IMG/VR virus record: IMGVR_UViG_3300050120_000105
Location: 1 to 60,317 of that record
DNA length: 60,317 nucleotides
From: a virus
Taxonomy: Duplodnaviria > Caudoviricetes
Strand: one strand, 5' to 3'
The notes under the pieces were generated by a model, which saw only the letters and a program-made list of their open reading frames with translations, was not told where the DNA came from and made no database searches. How positions within the stretch are numbered: position 1 is the first letter of the stretch; each line of letters opens with the position of its first letter. Shown here piece after piece: positions 8,629-18,012 of the stretch. The position numbers and the translations under genes are program-made.

Positions 8629-9708
8629 ATGTTGATGCGGACCAGCAACGATATTGACGGCATTTTTTCAGGGCAGACGATCGAGGGCCGCTGGCTGGAA
8701 GTCAAAGGCCGATCATCAGGATTTGATTATTTGCGGATCATACTGGCCTGTCTGATCGTCGGCTGGCATTCCTATCCCGTCGCTTATGGTCCAGAGGCGG
8801 CTCTGGACTTCTGGACGAGATGGCCCGGATTGTTTCTTCAACTCATACTGCCATGCTTCTTTGCGCTGAGTGGATTTCTGGTTTCCGCGAGCAAAACCCG
8901 CGTCACTCTCAGCGTTTTTTTATGGCTTCGGGTCATTCGTCTGTTCCCGGCACTCGCCGTTGAGATCATCTTGTCGGCGCTGATATTGGGCCCACTGCTG
9001 ACCCAGCTGCCGCTGTCGACTTATTTCACGACGAGGAACTTTTACAGCTATTTCGGGAACATGGTTGGCTGGGTGCATTTTGTGTTGCCCGGCGTTTTCC
9101 TGGACAACCAGATACCCAATGTCGTGAACGCCTCTCTCTGGACGCTGCCCTTTGAACTCGAATGCTATGTCCTGATCTCGGTTCTGGTGGTACTCGGGAT
9201 ATTCACCGGCGCCGGCAAACGGATGTTGGCGTGTCTTGTCGTCGTCACGGCGATCGCGGCACTCATCAACATCGCCATGGGCGTGAATGCAGCCCCGATG
9301 GGCACCGTCAACGGGCGGCTGCTCGTTCTCAATTTCCTCGCCGGCGCGGTGCTCTATTCCTACCGAGCCCGTATTCCCTACCATCCCGGCATTGCCGTCT
9401 TTGCAGCCGTTGCCGGAATGGTGCTGATGCGGTTCGACTACCTCGTCTATTTATCGCCGATATTAACGGCCTACCTGACGGTTTATCTCGGCCTTTTGAA
9501 TCCTGCCCGGACCATCGTTGTGAGCAGCGGCGACTATTCCTACGGAACCTATATCTATGCGTTTCCGATTCAGCAAACCATCGCGTCGCTGATGCACGGC
9601 AGGGCGACCTGGTTGTCGATCGTTTCGGCCTCGCTCCCCTTGACGATTGGCTTCTCCCTGATGTCCTGGCACTTCATCGAGAAACCGTTCCAGCGCTTTA
9701 AGAAGTGA
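8629..9708 (+). CDS. Acyltransferase-3 family (OafA-like) surface polysaccharide O-acyltransferase
   Basis: FDYLR, FFALSGFL, RVIRLFP, SLWTLPFE, SYGTYIYAFPIQ, HFIEKPF; ~10 TM. Confidence 0.9.
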   Translation: MLMRTSNDIDGIFSGQTIEGRWLEVKGRSSGFDYLRIILACLIVGWHSYPVAYGPEAALDFWTRWPGLFLQLILPCFFALSGFLVSASKTRVTLSVFLWLRVIRLFPALAVEIILSALILGPLLTQLPLSTYFTTRNFYSYFGNMVGWVHFVLPGVFLDNQIPNVVNASLWTLPFELECYVLISVLVVLGIFTGAGKRMLACLVVVTAIAALINIAMGVNAAPMGTVNGRLLVLNFLAGAVLYSYRARIPYHPGIAVFAAVAGMVLMRFDYLVYLSPILTAYLTVYLGLLNPARTIVVSSGDYSYGTYIYAFPIQQTIASLMHGRATWLSIVSASLPLTIGFSLMSWHFIEKPFQRFKK

Positions 9709-9710
9709 CT

Positions 9711-10628
9711 TCACGGAGTGCCCCAGTAAGTCTGCTGGTTGTTTTCTATCGAGGTTCGAGACCCGGAAGGTATTCCTCCGGCGAGATCATAGGATATGTA
9801 CTCGCCGATTTCTCCGCTCCAGGAGGCATCACCATCCCCGTACCCGAGATAAAGATTTGCCGCCGTCAGCGTTTGAGCATTCGTGTTGGTTCCTGCCGTC
9901 GTTCGGTTGACCCAAAATGCGATAGCACCAGTTGATGAATTGTATTGAACTTCAACCACGGCTGCGACCGATGCCGTGAGGGGGTTTGATGTTAGTGAAG
10001 TGTCAATAGTGGCTGTCGCGGCCTTCAATAAGTGAAGAGTTTGCGGAGCGGTAGAGTCCACCCGCCACTCTAGTGCTGCGCTCACTGAGCCAGAAGCTAT
10101 TCCCTGGGCCGCGGATGTCGCTGTGTTTAGCACCACGGCGTTCTGGTACAAGGTGTTGACCGGATTAGCGGTTATGGTCGTCGTCAGGTAAGTCGGAGTG
10201 GCCGAAACAAACAGCGGAGCTGGTTGTCCGTTAAGCGTTGTGACGGCTCCAGACTGATAAATGATCGGAGCCCCGGCCGCTGCACTGGTCGCATTGTCTC
10301 CAGCGCCACATTGATCATACCAAGTTGTGACCTTGCATGTCGTACCGCTGCAAAATGTCGAGAGCGCCGACGTGTTCAAAACGTTGGACGAAAAACCGAT
10401 GTTTGAAGTCGTGCTGTCGCTGGACCGCGTGACCTGCATCGCGTTGCCAGCATAAGAGGTCAGCAATTGGCGCGTGCTGTAACAGACTTTAACGCCAGTC
10501 GATATTCCATCGAGTGGGAGCGTAACCGCGCTGATCCCCACCTGCTGAACCGACTGCCACCACGCCCATGCGCCGATCGAGGGAAAGCAAAGCGCAGCCG
10601 CAACGATGGAAGCAAAGAGCCGTTTCAC
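9711..10628 (-). CDS. Secreted ConA/arabinofuranosidase-B-like lectin domain protein
   Basis: Signal peptide; YSTRQL..Y.G, VTTWYDQ, WSGEIGE motifs; GTG 10628 coupled to upstream stop. Confidence 0.7.
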   Translation of the reverse strand: MKRLFASIVAAALCFPSIGAWAWWQSVQQVGISAVTLPLDGISTGVKVCYSTRQLLTSYAGNAMQVTRSSDSTTSNIGFSSNVLNTSALSTFCSGTTCKVTTWYDQCGAGDNATSAAAGAPIIYQSGAVTTLNGQPAPLFVSATPTYLTTTITANPVNTLYQNAVVLNTATSAAQGIASGSVSAALEWRVDSTAPQTLHLLKAATATIDTSLTSNPLTASVAAVVEVQYNSSTGAIAFWVNRTTAGTNTNAQTLTAANLYLGYGDGDASWSGEIGEYISYDLAGGIPSGSRTSIENNQQTYWGTP

Positions 10629-11260
10629 AGCGAATAGCCCCAAGCCTTGACAGATACGAGACCACCCGTTCCAGGGGCACCCGAGACGACGGCGATGCTG
10701 GTACTGACCGCACTTGCTGGAATGCAGGGGGAGAAGATTTGCTCATCGACTCCAAGTCCTGCCGTATTGGCCGGAACCCATAGAATAGAACTCATCGTTG
10801 CGGTGATAACTCCGGTCACGGTATCAGTGACATTGGTGTTGGCGGTGGCGTTGGCGCGGATCGAATAGCCACAAATGTAAGTAGTGTGGCCCGTAACATT
10901 CGTGAGTGTTGCCGTGGTCGCCGCCGTGGTGCCCGTAGCTGATGCCGTGATCGGAACAGCGCCGACCGGATACGGAAGCTGCCCGACCGTGCCAATGGTG
11001 TTGGTGCCTGTAGGCGTTGCCGCCGTATTCTGCACCGCGAACGTTCCGGCATTGGTGACCGCGCCGCCGCCCCCGCCCCCGCCAGAACCAGACGTGCAAA
11101 GATGTCCCGTTGAATCAATCGTTAGATAGCCCGAGTTATTAGGATAACTTGCGGTCCCGCATCCTCCCGGCAAGAGGGTGGGAGAAGATTGCGCGTTCGC
11201 CTGATGCCACGATAGCGCAACCAACAGCGCAAAGACCCACGTCGCAATAATTCTGCGCAT
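10625..11260 (-). CDS. Secreted Thr/Gly-rich putative virion or decoration protein
   Basis: ATG 11260 with GGAG RBS; signal peptide ending ANA. Confidence 0.7.
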   Translation of the reverse strand: MRRIIATWVFALLVALSWHQANAQSSPTLLPGGCGTASYPNNSGYLTIDSTGHLCTSGSGGGGGGGAVTNAGTFAVQNTAATPTGTNTIGTVGQLPYPVGAVPITASATGTTAATTATLTNVTGHTTYICGYSIRANATANTNVTDTVTGVITATMSSILWVPANTAGLGVDEQIFSPCIPASAVSTSIAVVSGAPGTGGLVSVKAWGYSL

Positions 11261-11303
11261 ATCGGTTTTCTCCGGTGATTTTAAGAGAGGAAGATGGCGC
11301 GGT

Positions 11304-11702
11304 CTAGATACCGCTTCCCTGGACGAAGCAGAAGACATACCGCCCGTATGCGCCACCACCCAGGAACACGAGCGTATGCCCAGTTGGATTCGACCTGTCC
11401 CATTTCAGCTTTATGTCAGGAATCTCGATTTCCGTTCCGATGTCGATATGCGGTCGCCCGAGCGGTTTGTCGGGTCGGTCGTCAGTGATGGTCGCAAACG
11501 TCTTGCCATTGCGGACGTGAACTTCGTCGGCGTAGTATCCGTCAGCCTCACCGCAGCACGGTTCTTTCGGATGATCTGGCCGCATCAGCGACCGGAACCA
11601 TTCCCTGATGACCGGGTCGGAATTCTCCCATTGGCCGAGATCGCGGGCATTTGCATTGCCGAGAAACGCCACCATGCCGAAGATGATCAGACTGATCTTC
11701 AT
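11304..11702 (-). CDS. Secreted Cys-containing hypothetical protein
   Basis: Signal peptide; PCCGEADG motif; coupled start. Confidence 0.7.
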   Translation of the reverse strand: MKISLIIFGMVAFLGNANARDLGQWENSDPVIREWFRSLMRPDHPKEPCCGEADGYYADEVHVRNGKTFATITDDRPDKPLGRPHIDIGTEIEIPDIKLKWDRSNPTGHTLVFLGGGAYGRYVFCFVQGSGI

Positions 11703-11914
11703 GGCTTTTTCAAACACTGCCGCGCTCGTTCAATCCGCGCCTCGGACGCATGGGCATCAAGCGCCATCTGTTCAGCCGCTGCTTCCCCGAGTATCGCCAC
11801 GGCTTCCCGCACCATGGCGCAAGTGATCTTGCCGGGTTTTTGATGGCCGATCGGCTTGCCGTCGCCGGCGCTGGCCGAGACCGTGAGCGCGAGCAGGATG
11901 AAGGCTGTTTTCAT
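11699..11914 (-). CDS. small secreted protein
   Basis: Signal peptide, two Cys, ATGA coupling. Confidence 0.65.
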   Translation of the reverse strand: MKTAFILLALTVSASAGDGKPIGHQKPGKITCAMVREAVAILGEAAAEQMALDAHASEARIERARQCLKKP

Positions 11915-12558
11915 CCCGGAACCCGATAATCAAGCACCCGGAGCCGGTACGGGATCTCCTGCCAGCCCCGGTTCCCACCGGTGGCGTTCCAGGCCATCAA
12001 CTGACCATTCACGACCCGTGACACGATCGCGACGTGTCCCCCGCCCCGGCGTGAGGATACGATCACGGCGCCGGGTACAGGTCCGCCGGCCGACCTTCCC
12101 CAGTGCAGATAGGAAAGGGCCGCCGCAGATCCGGTGCCCCGGATGCCCCGTTCTGCCAACGCCGAGCCTACATTTAGGGCGCAGGCCAGTCTTCCTGCGA
12201 TATAGCGAGCCGGCCGTCCGATGGCGGAATCGAACGACCCGTAGGATACCGTTTGCCGGGCCACGGTTGGCCGCGTAGCCGTCCAACTACGCGGCGCGAA
12301 GCCGCTACTGCGCGACGCGAAGCCGCTATGCGCAGCGCCGTGCGTAGCGCTGTGGCTTCTGCCGGTATATCTTGCGGGCTGCTGCTGGGACGCTCCGAAC
12401 AGGCAAAACAGGTCGGCGCAGGCCGGTTGCGCAACGCGCTGATAGTGACGGTGATGATGGTGGTGATACGTATAATGCTGGTGATGCCGGTGCCGGGCTT
12501 CTGCCGGCGAAAGCAGGCATAGCGATGCGCATACTGCCAAGAGCAGATATTTCAGCAT
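11911..12558 (-). CDS. Secreted CHAP/NlpC-like (TIGR02594-type) amidase with His-rich N-terminus
   Basis: ACALNV, ALSYLHWG, PGAVIV, GGGHVAIV Cys-His motif; carries 66-bp nested element in frame. Confidence 0.7.
   Translation of the reverse strand: MLKYLLLAVCASLCLLSPAEARHRHHQHYTYHHHHHRHYQRVAQPACADLFCLFGASQQQPARYTGRSHSATHGAAHSGFASRSSGFAPRSWTATRPTVARQTVSYGSFDSAIGRPARYIAGRLACALNVGSALAERGIRGTGSAAALSYLHWGRSAGGPVPGAVIVSSRRGGGHVAIVSRVVNGQLMAWNATGGNRGWQEIPYRLRVLDYRVPG
12287..12352 (+). mobile_element. 33-bp palindromic mini-element, two nested copies (inner copy 12308-12340)
   Basis: CTACGCGGCGCGAAGCCGCTA[CTGCGCGACGCGAAGCCGCTATGCGCAGCGCCG]TGCGTAGCGCTG. Confidence 0.85.
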
Positions 12559-12608
12559 GTCGATTTCCTTAAAATGGTGCCGGGCGGTACAGCGCCCGGT
12601 CTTTGTCG

Positions 12609-12929
12609 TCAGGCGGCCGGCGGGGGAATCGGAACGCCAGTTGCTGCGGTGAACGCGGTATGCATCGCCGTAGTCGCGTCAGTGATTTGCTGGGTCAGCG
12701 CGACAATCGCTGGATTCTGGTTGGATTGAGCATTGATCTGCGCCACGAGCGCAGCGATGTCGGAAGTGCCTTCCTGTATAAACGCGGCAACAGACGTTTT
12801 CAGGTCATCGATGGCAGCCATGATATTTTTCTCCATGAGGGCGAGCTGATTTTCGATAGCATCAAGGCGGCGCACGACCTCGGAAACCGCATCGATGTAA
12901 GGATGATGATGGATGTGCAGAGTCACCAT
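12609..12929 (-). CDS. hypothetical coiled-coil protein
   Basis: Helical composition, lysis-region position. Confidence 0.65.
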   Translation of the reverse strand: MVTLHIHHHPYIDAVSEVVRRLDAIENQLALMEKNIMAAIDDLKTSVAAFIQEGTSDIAALVAQINAQSNQNPAIVALTQQITDATTAMHTAFTAATGVPIPPPAA

Positions 12930-13102
12930 ATTCAGTTATTTTCCGTAGATGGTTCCAAAGATGATGCATAATGCGACTACGACCAGTGTGCCGATGAGAA
13001 TGACAACGCTCGCTTTGCGTTCATGCATGTCAGCAATCCTTGCAGATGCTCTCTGGCGCGGGAGGATAAGGCCGCAGCGGATCGATCTGAGACTGATGCG
13101 GC

Positions 13103-13351
13103 CTAACGCTGGTAGCCTGTGGGAAAGTAGAGCGGGCCACCCCCAATGCCCACGACTGAGAGAATCCATGCCACGATAGCGATGACGATCAGCAGGCCTA
13201 CGAAGATCTGCCCCCATTTGTAAACGTTGGCATCGATCGACCATCCAAGAAAGCTCGTGATCAGCCACACGATCGCATAGGCAACTATGCAAACGCCGGC
13301 GATATAGAGCAGCAGATATAGAAAACTGAGTAGAACGCCGCCGAGTGCCAT
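13103..13351 (-). CDS. Small 2-TM membrane protein (holin-like)
   Basis: AAGGAG RBS; two hydrophobic helices. Confidence 0.7.
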   Translation of the reverse strand: MALGGVLLSFLYLLLYIAGVCIVAYAIVWLITSFLGWSIDANVYKWGQIFVGLLIVIAIVAWILSVVGIGGGPLYFPTGYQR

Positions 13352-13484
13352 TGCATTTCTCCTTAGATCATCGCCTCAAACCAAAGATAAAACAGGTACA
13401 GCGTGACGCTCAGATACCCGAGCCAGAAGCATGAGCATGTGATGTATTCGTTTGCTGTCGTCGGTCGGTCAATGCGCATTTCGC

Positions 13485-13685
13485 TCATCCTTTGATGTGC
13501 GGGAATGCAGGCTCGATCGATATCCAGTAGTATTGGCCGTCTACCCAATCGAGGCGGTCCTTGAGCAGATTGAAAATCGCGGTCTCGTCCTGCGACGGCG
13601 GCCCGTTTTCCTTGGTCAGAAAAACCTGGACGATGCCATCGAGCCCGCGAACGCGGTCGCAGCGAAATTTCAGGAGGGGATGCAT
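13485..13685 (-). CDS. hypothetical protein
   Basis: Follows 13688 stop directly. Confidence 0.5.
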   Translation of the reverse strand: MHPLLKFRCDRVRGLDGIVQVFLTKENGPPSQDETAIFNLLKDRLDWVDGQYYWISIEPAFPHIKG

Positions 13686-13687
13686 GG

Positions 13688-14296
13688 TCAGTGATGCGTA
13701 AATGTTATGATCAACGCAGCGACCGCAACTAACATAGAAATGATAAAAGAAGCTCCAACAGCCAACGCACCGATCGAACTGACGCCTGCGGTCTTGCCCC
13801 TGTTCTGTCCTTCTCCGGTATCAAATCGCGTCTTCAAGTCAGCGATCTTGTCGTCAAGGTTCTTCTGGACTGACTGCAACAGCGATTCACCCTTGTTGAT
13901 CAGAGTGGTGAAGTTGTTTTCCATCTTGTTGATGGCAATGCTGTTGCTTTCGTTGGTCGCTCCAGCCGCTTCCTTCTGTGCCTGCAACGCCGCCGCGATG
14001 GCGGTTTTGTCTGCAATGGAAAGCTGCTCGGTTCGCTTGTCCCGCTCCACGAACTGTTTCTCGACGCCATCAAACTTGACTTCAAACAGAGTGGTGATGT
14101 GAACGATCGCGGCATCTATCTGTTCTTGACGCCCATCGATATTATGCTGAATCGCCGCAATTGTTCTATCTTGAGCGCCCTGCTGACTTTCCAGCAGTTC
14201 TTTGAGATTATCGATTTCCCGACGAAGATTCTCAGTTGTAAGAATAGACGGGTCAGGATTGGGCTTGCCCCCATTTATCGACTCCTGCTCAGTCAT
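13688..14296 (-). CDS. Coiled-coil protein with C-terminal TM anchor
   Basis: Heptad-rich sequence, C-terminal hydrophobic helix. Confidence 0.75.
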   Translation of the reverse strand: MTEQESINGGKPNPDPSILTTENLRREIDNLKELLESQQGAQDRTIAAIQHNIDGRQEQIDAAIVHITTLFEVKFDGVEKQFVERDKRTEQLSIADKTAIAAALQAQKEAAGATNESNSIAINKMENNFTTLINKGESLLQSVQKNLDDKIADLKTRFDTGEGQNRGKTAGVSSIGALAVGASFIISMLVAVAALIITFTHH

Positions 14297-14345
14297 TTTC
14301 CATTCTCATGACACGAGCCTCCTTATCTACGGAATGACCAGCATG

Positions 14346-14768
14346 TTAGTGCCAGCCAGCCACAATCACGCCAGTCGAGGTTGTTCCAATCAGGACCGGA
14401 GTAGTGGTGGCCATCAGGGTTCGCAGATGCCCCGAGATCGGCCGGGATGCCATCGCAAACCGATGGGCTGCTGCCGGCGGCGTAATAACACCAACCACCG
14501 CAGTTAAAGCTGCAACAATCTGATTGAACAGCACCGATCCCACAGTGACCGCCGCTGCGTAACCTGGACCCGCAATTGACGCCGCCGCCGCCATAATGCT
14601 TTCGATAGTCGGAACGTATTTTCCCAAGTTTGCAACTGCTGACTGGATCGATCCAGCGACAGTCGCCCATTGGGTCTGGAAAGCGGAAATCTGGGCTGTC
14701 GTGCAGCCGGCCATAACGCCCGCACCGATGAACGCGGTCGAAATCAAGAAAGAGCGACGGTTGATCAT
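14346..14768 (-). CDS. Tat-signal lipoprotein
   Basis: NRRSFL twin-arginine motif plus MAGC lipobox. Confidence 0.7.
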   Translation of the reverse strand: MINRRSFLISTAFIGAGVMAGCTTAQISAFQTQWATVAGSIQSAVANLGKYVPTIESIMAAAASIAGPGYAAAVTVGSVLFNQIVAALTAVVGVITPPAAAHRFAMASRPISGHLRTLMATTTPVLIGTTSTGVIVAGWH

Positions 14769-14953
14769 GTGGAAGGTCCTTTCGGGGGTTGTGCAGCATT
14801 GAGATAAGCTGTGATGACCTTTTTCATGTCCGCCATCAGGTCAGAATCGGAAATCACGCTGTTGTAGTTGATCCATCCGGTAGACATGGCAGCCAGATCG
14901 GAACGGATTTCCTTGAAGGCGGCTGCGAGGCCTGTTTGCGATAGTATGATCAT
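14765..14953 (-). CDS. hypothetical protein
   Basis: ATGA coupling. Confidence 0.6.
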   Translation of the reverse strand: MIILSQTGLAAAFKEIRSDLAAMSTGWINYNSVISDSDLMADMKKVITAYLNAAQPPKGPST

Positions 14954-15177
14954 GTGCGTGCTCCGACAGATGAGGAATTTCCAAGACCGGGTGTTATTTC
15001 GACCATGAAGCTAGCGCCCTCATCAGCGTTCACAATAAAACGACAAGCACTTGGCAACTTTCGGTCAGTAGCATTGGCGCTGGTGATGCGGCCAAAACTC
15101 TGCTTTGGCCATTGCTCTTGAAGCCCCTGCACCAGCATTGTCTTCAGCGAGTCTGCATCTAGCGTTGGTTTATTCAT
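14950..15177 (-). CDS. hypothetical protein
   Basis: ATGA coupling. Confidence 0.55.
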   Translation of the reverse strand: MNKPTLDADSLKTMLVQGLQEQWPKQSFGRITSANATDRKLPSACRFIVNADEGASFMVEITPGLGNSSSVGART

Positions 15178-15938
15178 GTGTGAACTCCGAATTTTGCAAG
15201 GAAGGATTCAAGCGCCGCCAGATCGAACTGCTGTGGCGAAAGATGCGTGGAGTTGTTCAGGAACTCCTGCGAGACGTGGCCTGCGCCCTCATCGAAATAC
15301 GCATTATAGAACGGCTTTTTGACTCTCTGGGTCCGCGACCAGGTAATAACAACATCGTCACCGTCCGGCGTTTGGCCAACAAACGGGACGTAGTGCAAGC
15401 CCTGAAGCGGATCACCCGGAATGAACGTCCAGGGTTGCCCAGCCGTGAACTGGTCCTGCGCGCTGCTCGGAACGTTGAAGCCCCATCCTGCCGCACCGAG
15501 TGTGTACGCTGCGAGCGGCAAGTCGTCCGCATTCACTGCGAGATAAGCCGCGATCTTGTGACGTTTTCCCGTCGAATCCCGGTAGCCGATCTTCTGGCGA
15601 TACGCGGCAGCAGCCTGAACGTCAGTGCCTTGATCGGTGGCGGGATCGTTCGGGTTAAAGCCCGTGATAGCCGTGTATTCATCTTGTGCGTCGAGCTGTG
15701 TAAACCTCGGAACGGGATTCCCGGCCTGTGCGTTGAGCACGATGCTTTCATGCATACCACCGGCAATGACGCAATCGCCCCATTGATCGTTTCCGAGCAT
15801 TCCGTAATTTTTGGAGGATGGCTGCACGCCCCATCCCGTAGTCGGCAGGGACGGCAGCTTCGTGACATCGAAGACATCACGAAAATCGATCTTGATCGCG
15901 CCGGGACGCCGAGGAAGTTTTCCGAATTTGTATTTCAT
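15174..15938 (-). CDS. Papain-like (C1-type) cysteine peptidase
   Basis: NDQWGDCVIAG, LHYVPFVG, ITWS. Confidence 0.65.
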   Translation of the reverse strand: MKYKFGKLPRRPGAIKIDFRDVFDVTKLPSLPTTGWGVQPSSKNYGMLGNDQWGDCVIAGGMHESIVLNAQAGNPVPRFTQLDAQDEYTAITGFNPNDPATDQGTDVQAAAAYRQKIGYRDSTGKRHKIAAYLAVNADDLPLAAYTLGAAGWGFNVPSSAQDQFTAGQPWTFIPGDPLQGLHYVPFVGQTPDGDDVVITWSRTQRVKKPFYNAYFDEGAGHVSQEFLNNSTHLSPQQFDLAALESFLAKFGVHT

Positions 15939-16288
15939 GATGCGGCCGATGCTGTAGCCGTCACGGCCGCCTTGGCCTCGGGAGTGGGTCCAATCTTCTG
16001 CTCGGCAGGATCGACAGCCAGCGTTGCTTGTGTCGCATTGGCATCCTCATTGACCAGGACCTTTTGAATTCCAGGCATCCTTGCCACTTGCTGCATCGTG
16101 GCACCTTGTCCCGTGGTAGCCATCAGGAACACGCCAGCGACACCCGATATCAGGGCACATGCGGACGCCGTGATACTTGCACCCAGAGTCCCAAACAAGA
16201 CAGTAAGTTGGGCAGTTGCACCGCCGATAAAACTAGCTGCGCCAATGACGAAAGCCACCCACTGAGTCTCAGTAATGTTTTTGAGCAC
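15935..16288 (-). CDS. 2-TM membrane protein, holin candidate
   Basis: Two N-terminal TM helices near endolysin. Confidence 0.6.
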   Translation of the reverse strand: MLKNITETQWVAFVIGAASFIGGATAQLTVLFGTLGASITASACALISGVAGVFLMATTGQGATMQQVARMPGIQKVLVNEDANATQATLAVDPAEQKIGPTPEAKAAVTATASAAS

Positions 16289-16306
16289 GTCAAATATTCC
16301 CTTCCC

Positions 16307-16507
16307 CTAGTGAAACTGCCAAACCATAAAAACAATGCCAGCCACAACCATCATCGCTAGGGTGCAGCCAACACGCGTCCTATGTTTGTCACGCGCAAAT
16401 TGCTCGATCTCGCATGGCGGCGTTCCGCCCTTCATCCACATGCATTGAGTTCTGTGGAATTCCTTGATCGGATTTCCGCAGTGCTCGCATTGTAATTGTT
16501 TCATCAC
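16307..16507 (-). CDS. small membrane protein
   Basis: CxxC plus C-terminal TM. Confidence 0.5.
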   Translation of the reverse strand: MMKQLQCEHCGNPIKEFHRTQCMWMKGGTPPCEIEQFARDKHRTRVGCTLAMMVVAGIVFMVWQFH

Positions 16508-17031
16508 ATTGCAAATTCGAGAATGTTATCTGCAAGCATGAACCCGTTGATCATGAGCAGCACATCAGCCGGCGTTATTCGATTCTTCGCCACCACCAGC
16601 CCGTAAGGAAATAGGGCGCCCTGTTCCAGCGCAAACACGATCAGCTCGGAACAAAACCATTGCTTCGTGTCGCGCCAGTCTCGTTCCTTGCCGACGCTTT
16701 CATTGACAGCCTGATCATCGAAGAAAGACCACAATGCAGAATTGTCGAAAGGTTTTCCGATCTGCGATCGTGCGATTTTGATCACAGCGGCAGCTACTTC
16801 ATCGGTACATTGCAGGCGTGCCACCTTTGGTACGGTCAAATACGGCCATGCCTGCATCGAACGCACCATCACCCCACCGAGGTCATGGATGGAATCGTCC
16901 TTGCCCGATACGCCAAGCAAACCTTCAGGTACGATCAGGTCCACATGGCTGAACGGAGAATGCGTAAGGCGTCGAATAACATCTGAAGAAAATGCCTTCG
17001 ATGTCGAGAATTGAATTTTTATCTCAGCCAT
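16504..17031 (-). CDS. YiiX/YebB-like permuted papain (NlpC/P60) enzyme
   Basis: FSHVD, ARSQIGKPFD, WFCSEL, ITPAD. Confidence 0.75.
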   Translation of the reverse strand: MAEIKIQFSTSKAFSSDVIRRLTHSPFSHVDLIVPEGLLGVSGKDDSIHDLGGVMVRSMQAWPYLTVPKVARLQCTDEVAAAVIKIARSQIGKPFDNSALWSFFDDQAVNESVGKERDWRDTKQWFCSELIVFALEQGALFPYGLVVAKNRITPADVLLMINGFMLADNILEFAM

Positions 17032-17705
17032 CACGCATCTTTAATGATCGACGCAGGCGGATGGTTGGTGAAATCGTCCAGCGCCGCATCGAGGCTATCG
17101 ACAAACTTGATGCTAGGATCGATTTTCATCATCGCCAGCAGCATACCGGCACAGCCGGGCTGGCTATCGACGGTGTGAGCGCTGAACACGCCGTCGCTGA
17201 TATACTTTCCGGAATGATATTGGTCTGTGTGAGCCCAGTTGTACGGTGACGGAATGCCGCGTTCGAAATATCCGATCCCGTTATATTGCTCCGTCGTTGC
17301 CAGAAACCCGCCAGCGGTCCAGTCCTTGTTGCCGGAAGCCATCGGTTTCAGGGCCGCGACGGCGCTATCTTCCCAGCTCTTGTACGGGCCTTCGCCACGC
17401 GGTTCGTGAACCGATTTACGGTTGAGCGGATCGCCCTGCGCGAGCTGGGTATTCCAGTCCTGCGAGGCTTCCCGCTCATGCACCACCGCAATGAAGAACC
17501 AGGGCACCCCGGTTTCTTTTTCGACGGTCTGATATCTGGCCTTGGCATCGCACAGCTTCTTGGCCACGGCCGAGAAGTCCCAGGTCGGTTTGACGACCGC
17601 CCAGCGCTTGGCATTAGCGGCTTTGAGCGCGCCTATGTTGAGCGGAGCCAGAGCGGCATAGTGTTGATGACGCGTGGCATAGTGGAAGTGATGGCGTCTG
17701 GTCAT
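17031..17705 (-). CDS. Lysozyme-family endolysin
   Basis: GVPWFFIAVVHEREAS, LAQGDPL, EQYNGIGY, PSPYNW, GKYISDG, QPGCA. Confidence 0.8.
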   Translation of the reverse strand: MTRRHHFHYATRHQHYAALAPLNIGALKAANAKRWAVVKPTWDFSAVAKKLCDAKARYQTVEKETGVPWFFIAVVHEREASQDWNTQLAQGDPLNRKSVHEPRGEGPYKSWEDSAVAALKPMASGNKDWTAGGFLATTEQYNGIGYFERGIPSPYNWAHTDQYHSGKYISDGVFSAHTVDSQPGCAGMLLAMMKIDPSIKFVDSLDAALDDFTNHPPASIIKDA

Positions 17706-17729
17706 GAATGGACTCTCCGGTGCATGTGG

Positions 17730-17993
17730 CTACTTCAATCTTACGGCCACGTCCTGCACGGTTTTTTGGTGCGAAGTATCGAGCACCGCAGCCATGGATT
17801 TCTGCACCGCATCACAGCCTTCATAACCAGATTGCCACGCACCCTTGTAACGATGAGATTGACAAATACTGTAGGCATTCTTGATCTCATCTTCCGTGGG
17901 AATTCCGGTCGTCGGTTGGACCGCTGGCGAGGTTGTCACTTGGGAGAATGCCGGAGTCGTCAGCAACACGAAACATAGAGCTAGTCTTTTCAT
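17730..17993 (-). CDS. small secreted protein
   Basis: AGGAG RBS; signal peptide; Cys pair. Confidence 0.65.
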   Translation of the reverse strand: MKRLALCFVLLTTPAFSQVTTSPAVQPTTGIPTEDEIKNAYSICQSHRYKGAWQSGYEGCDAVQKSMAAVLDTSHQKTVQDVAVRLK

Positions 17994-18012
17994 GAAGTTC
18001 TCCTATTTCTGA

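Noticed and set aside
12287-12352. Mini CRISPR array or simple tandem duplication
   Set aside because: There is no spacer; the structure is one subtype nested in another, and the other copies are dispersed.
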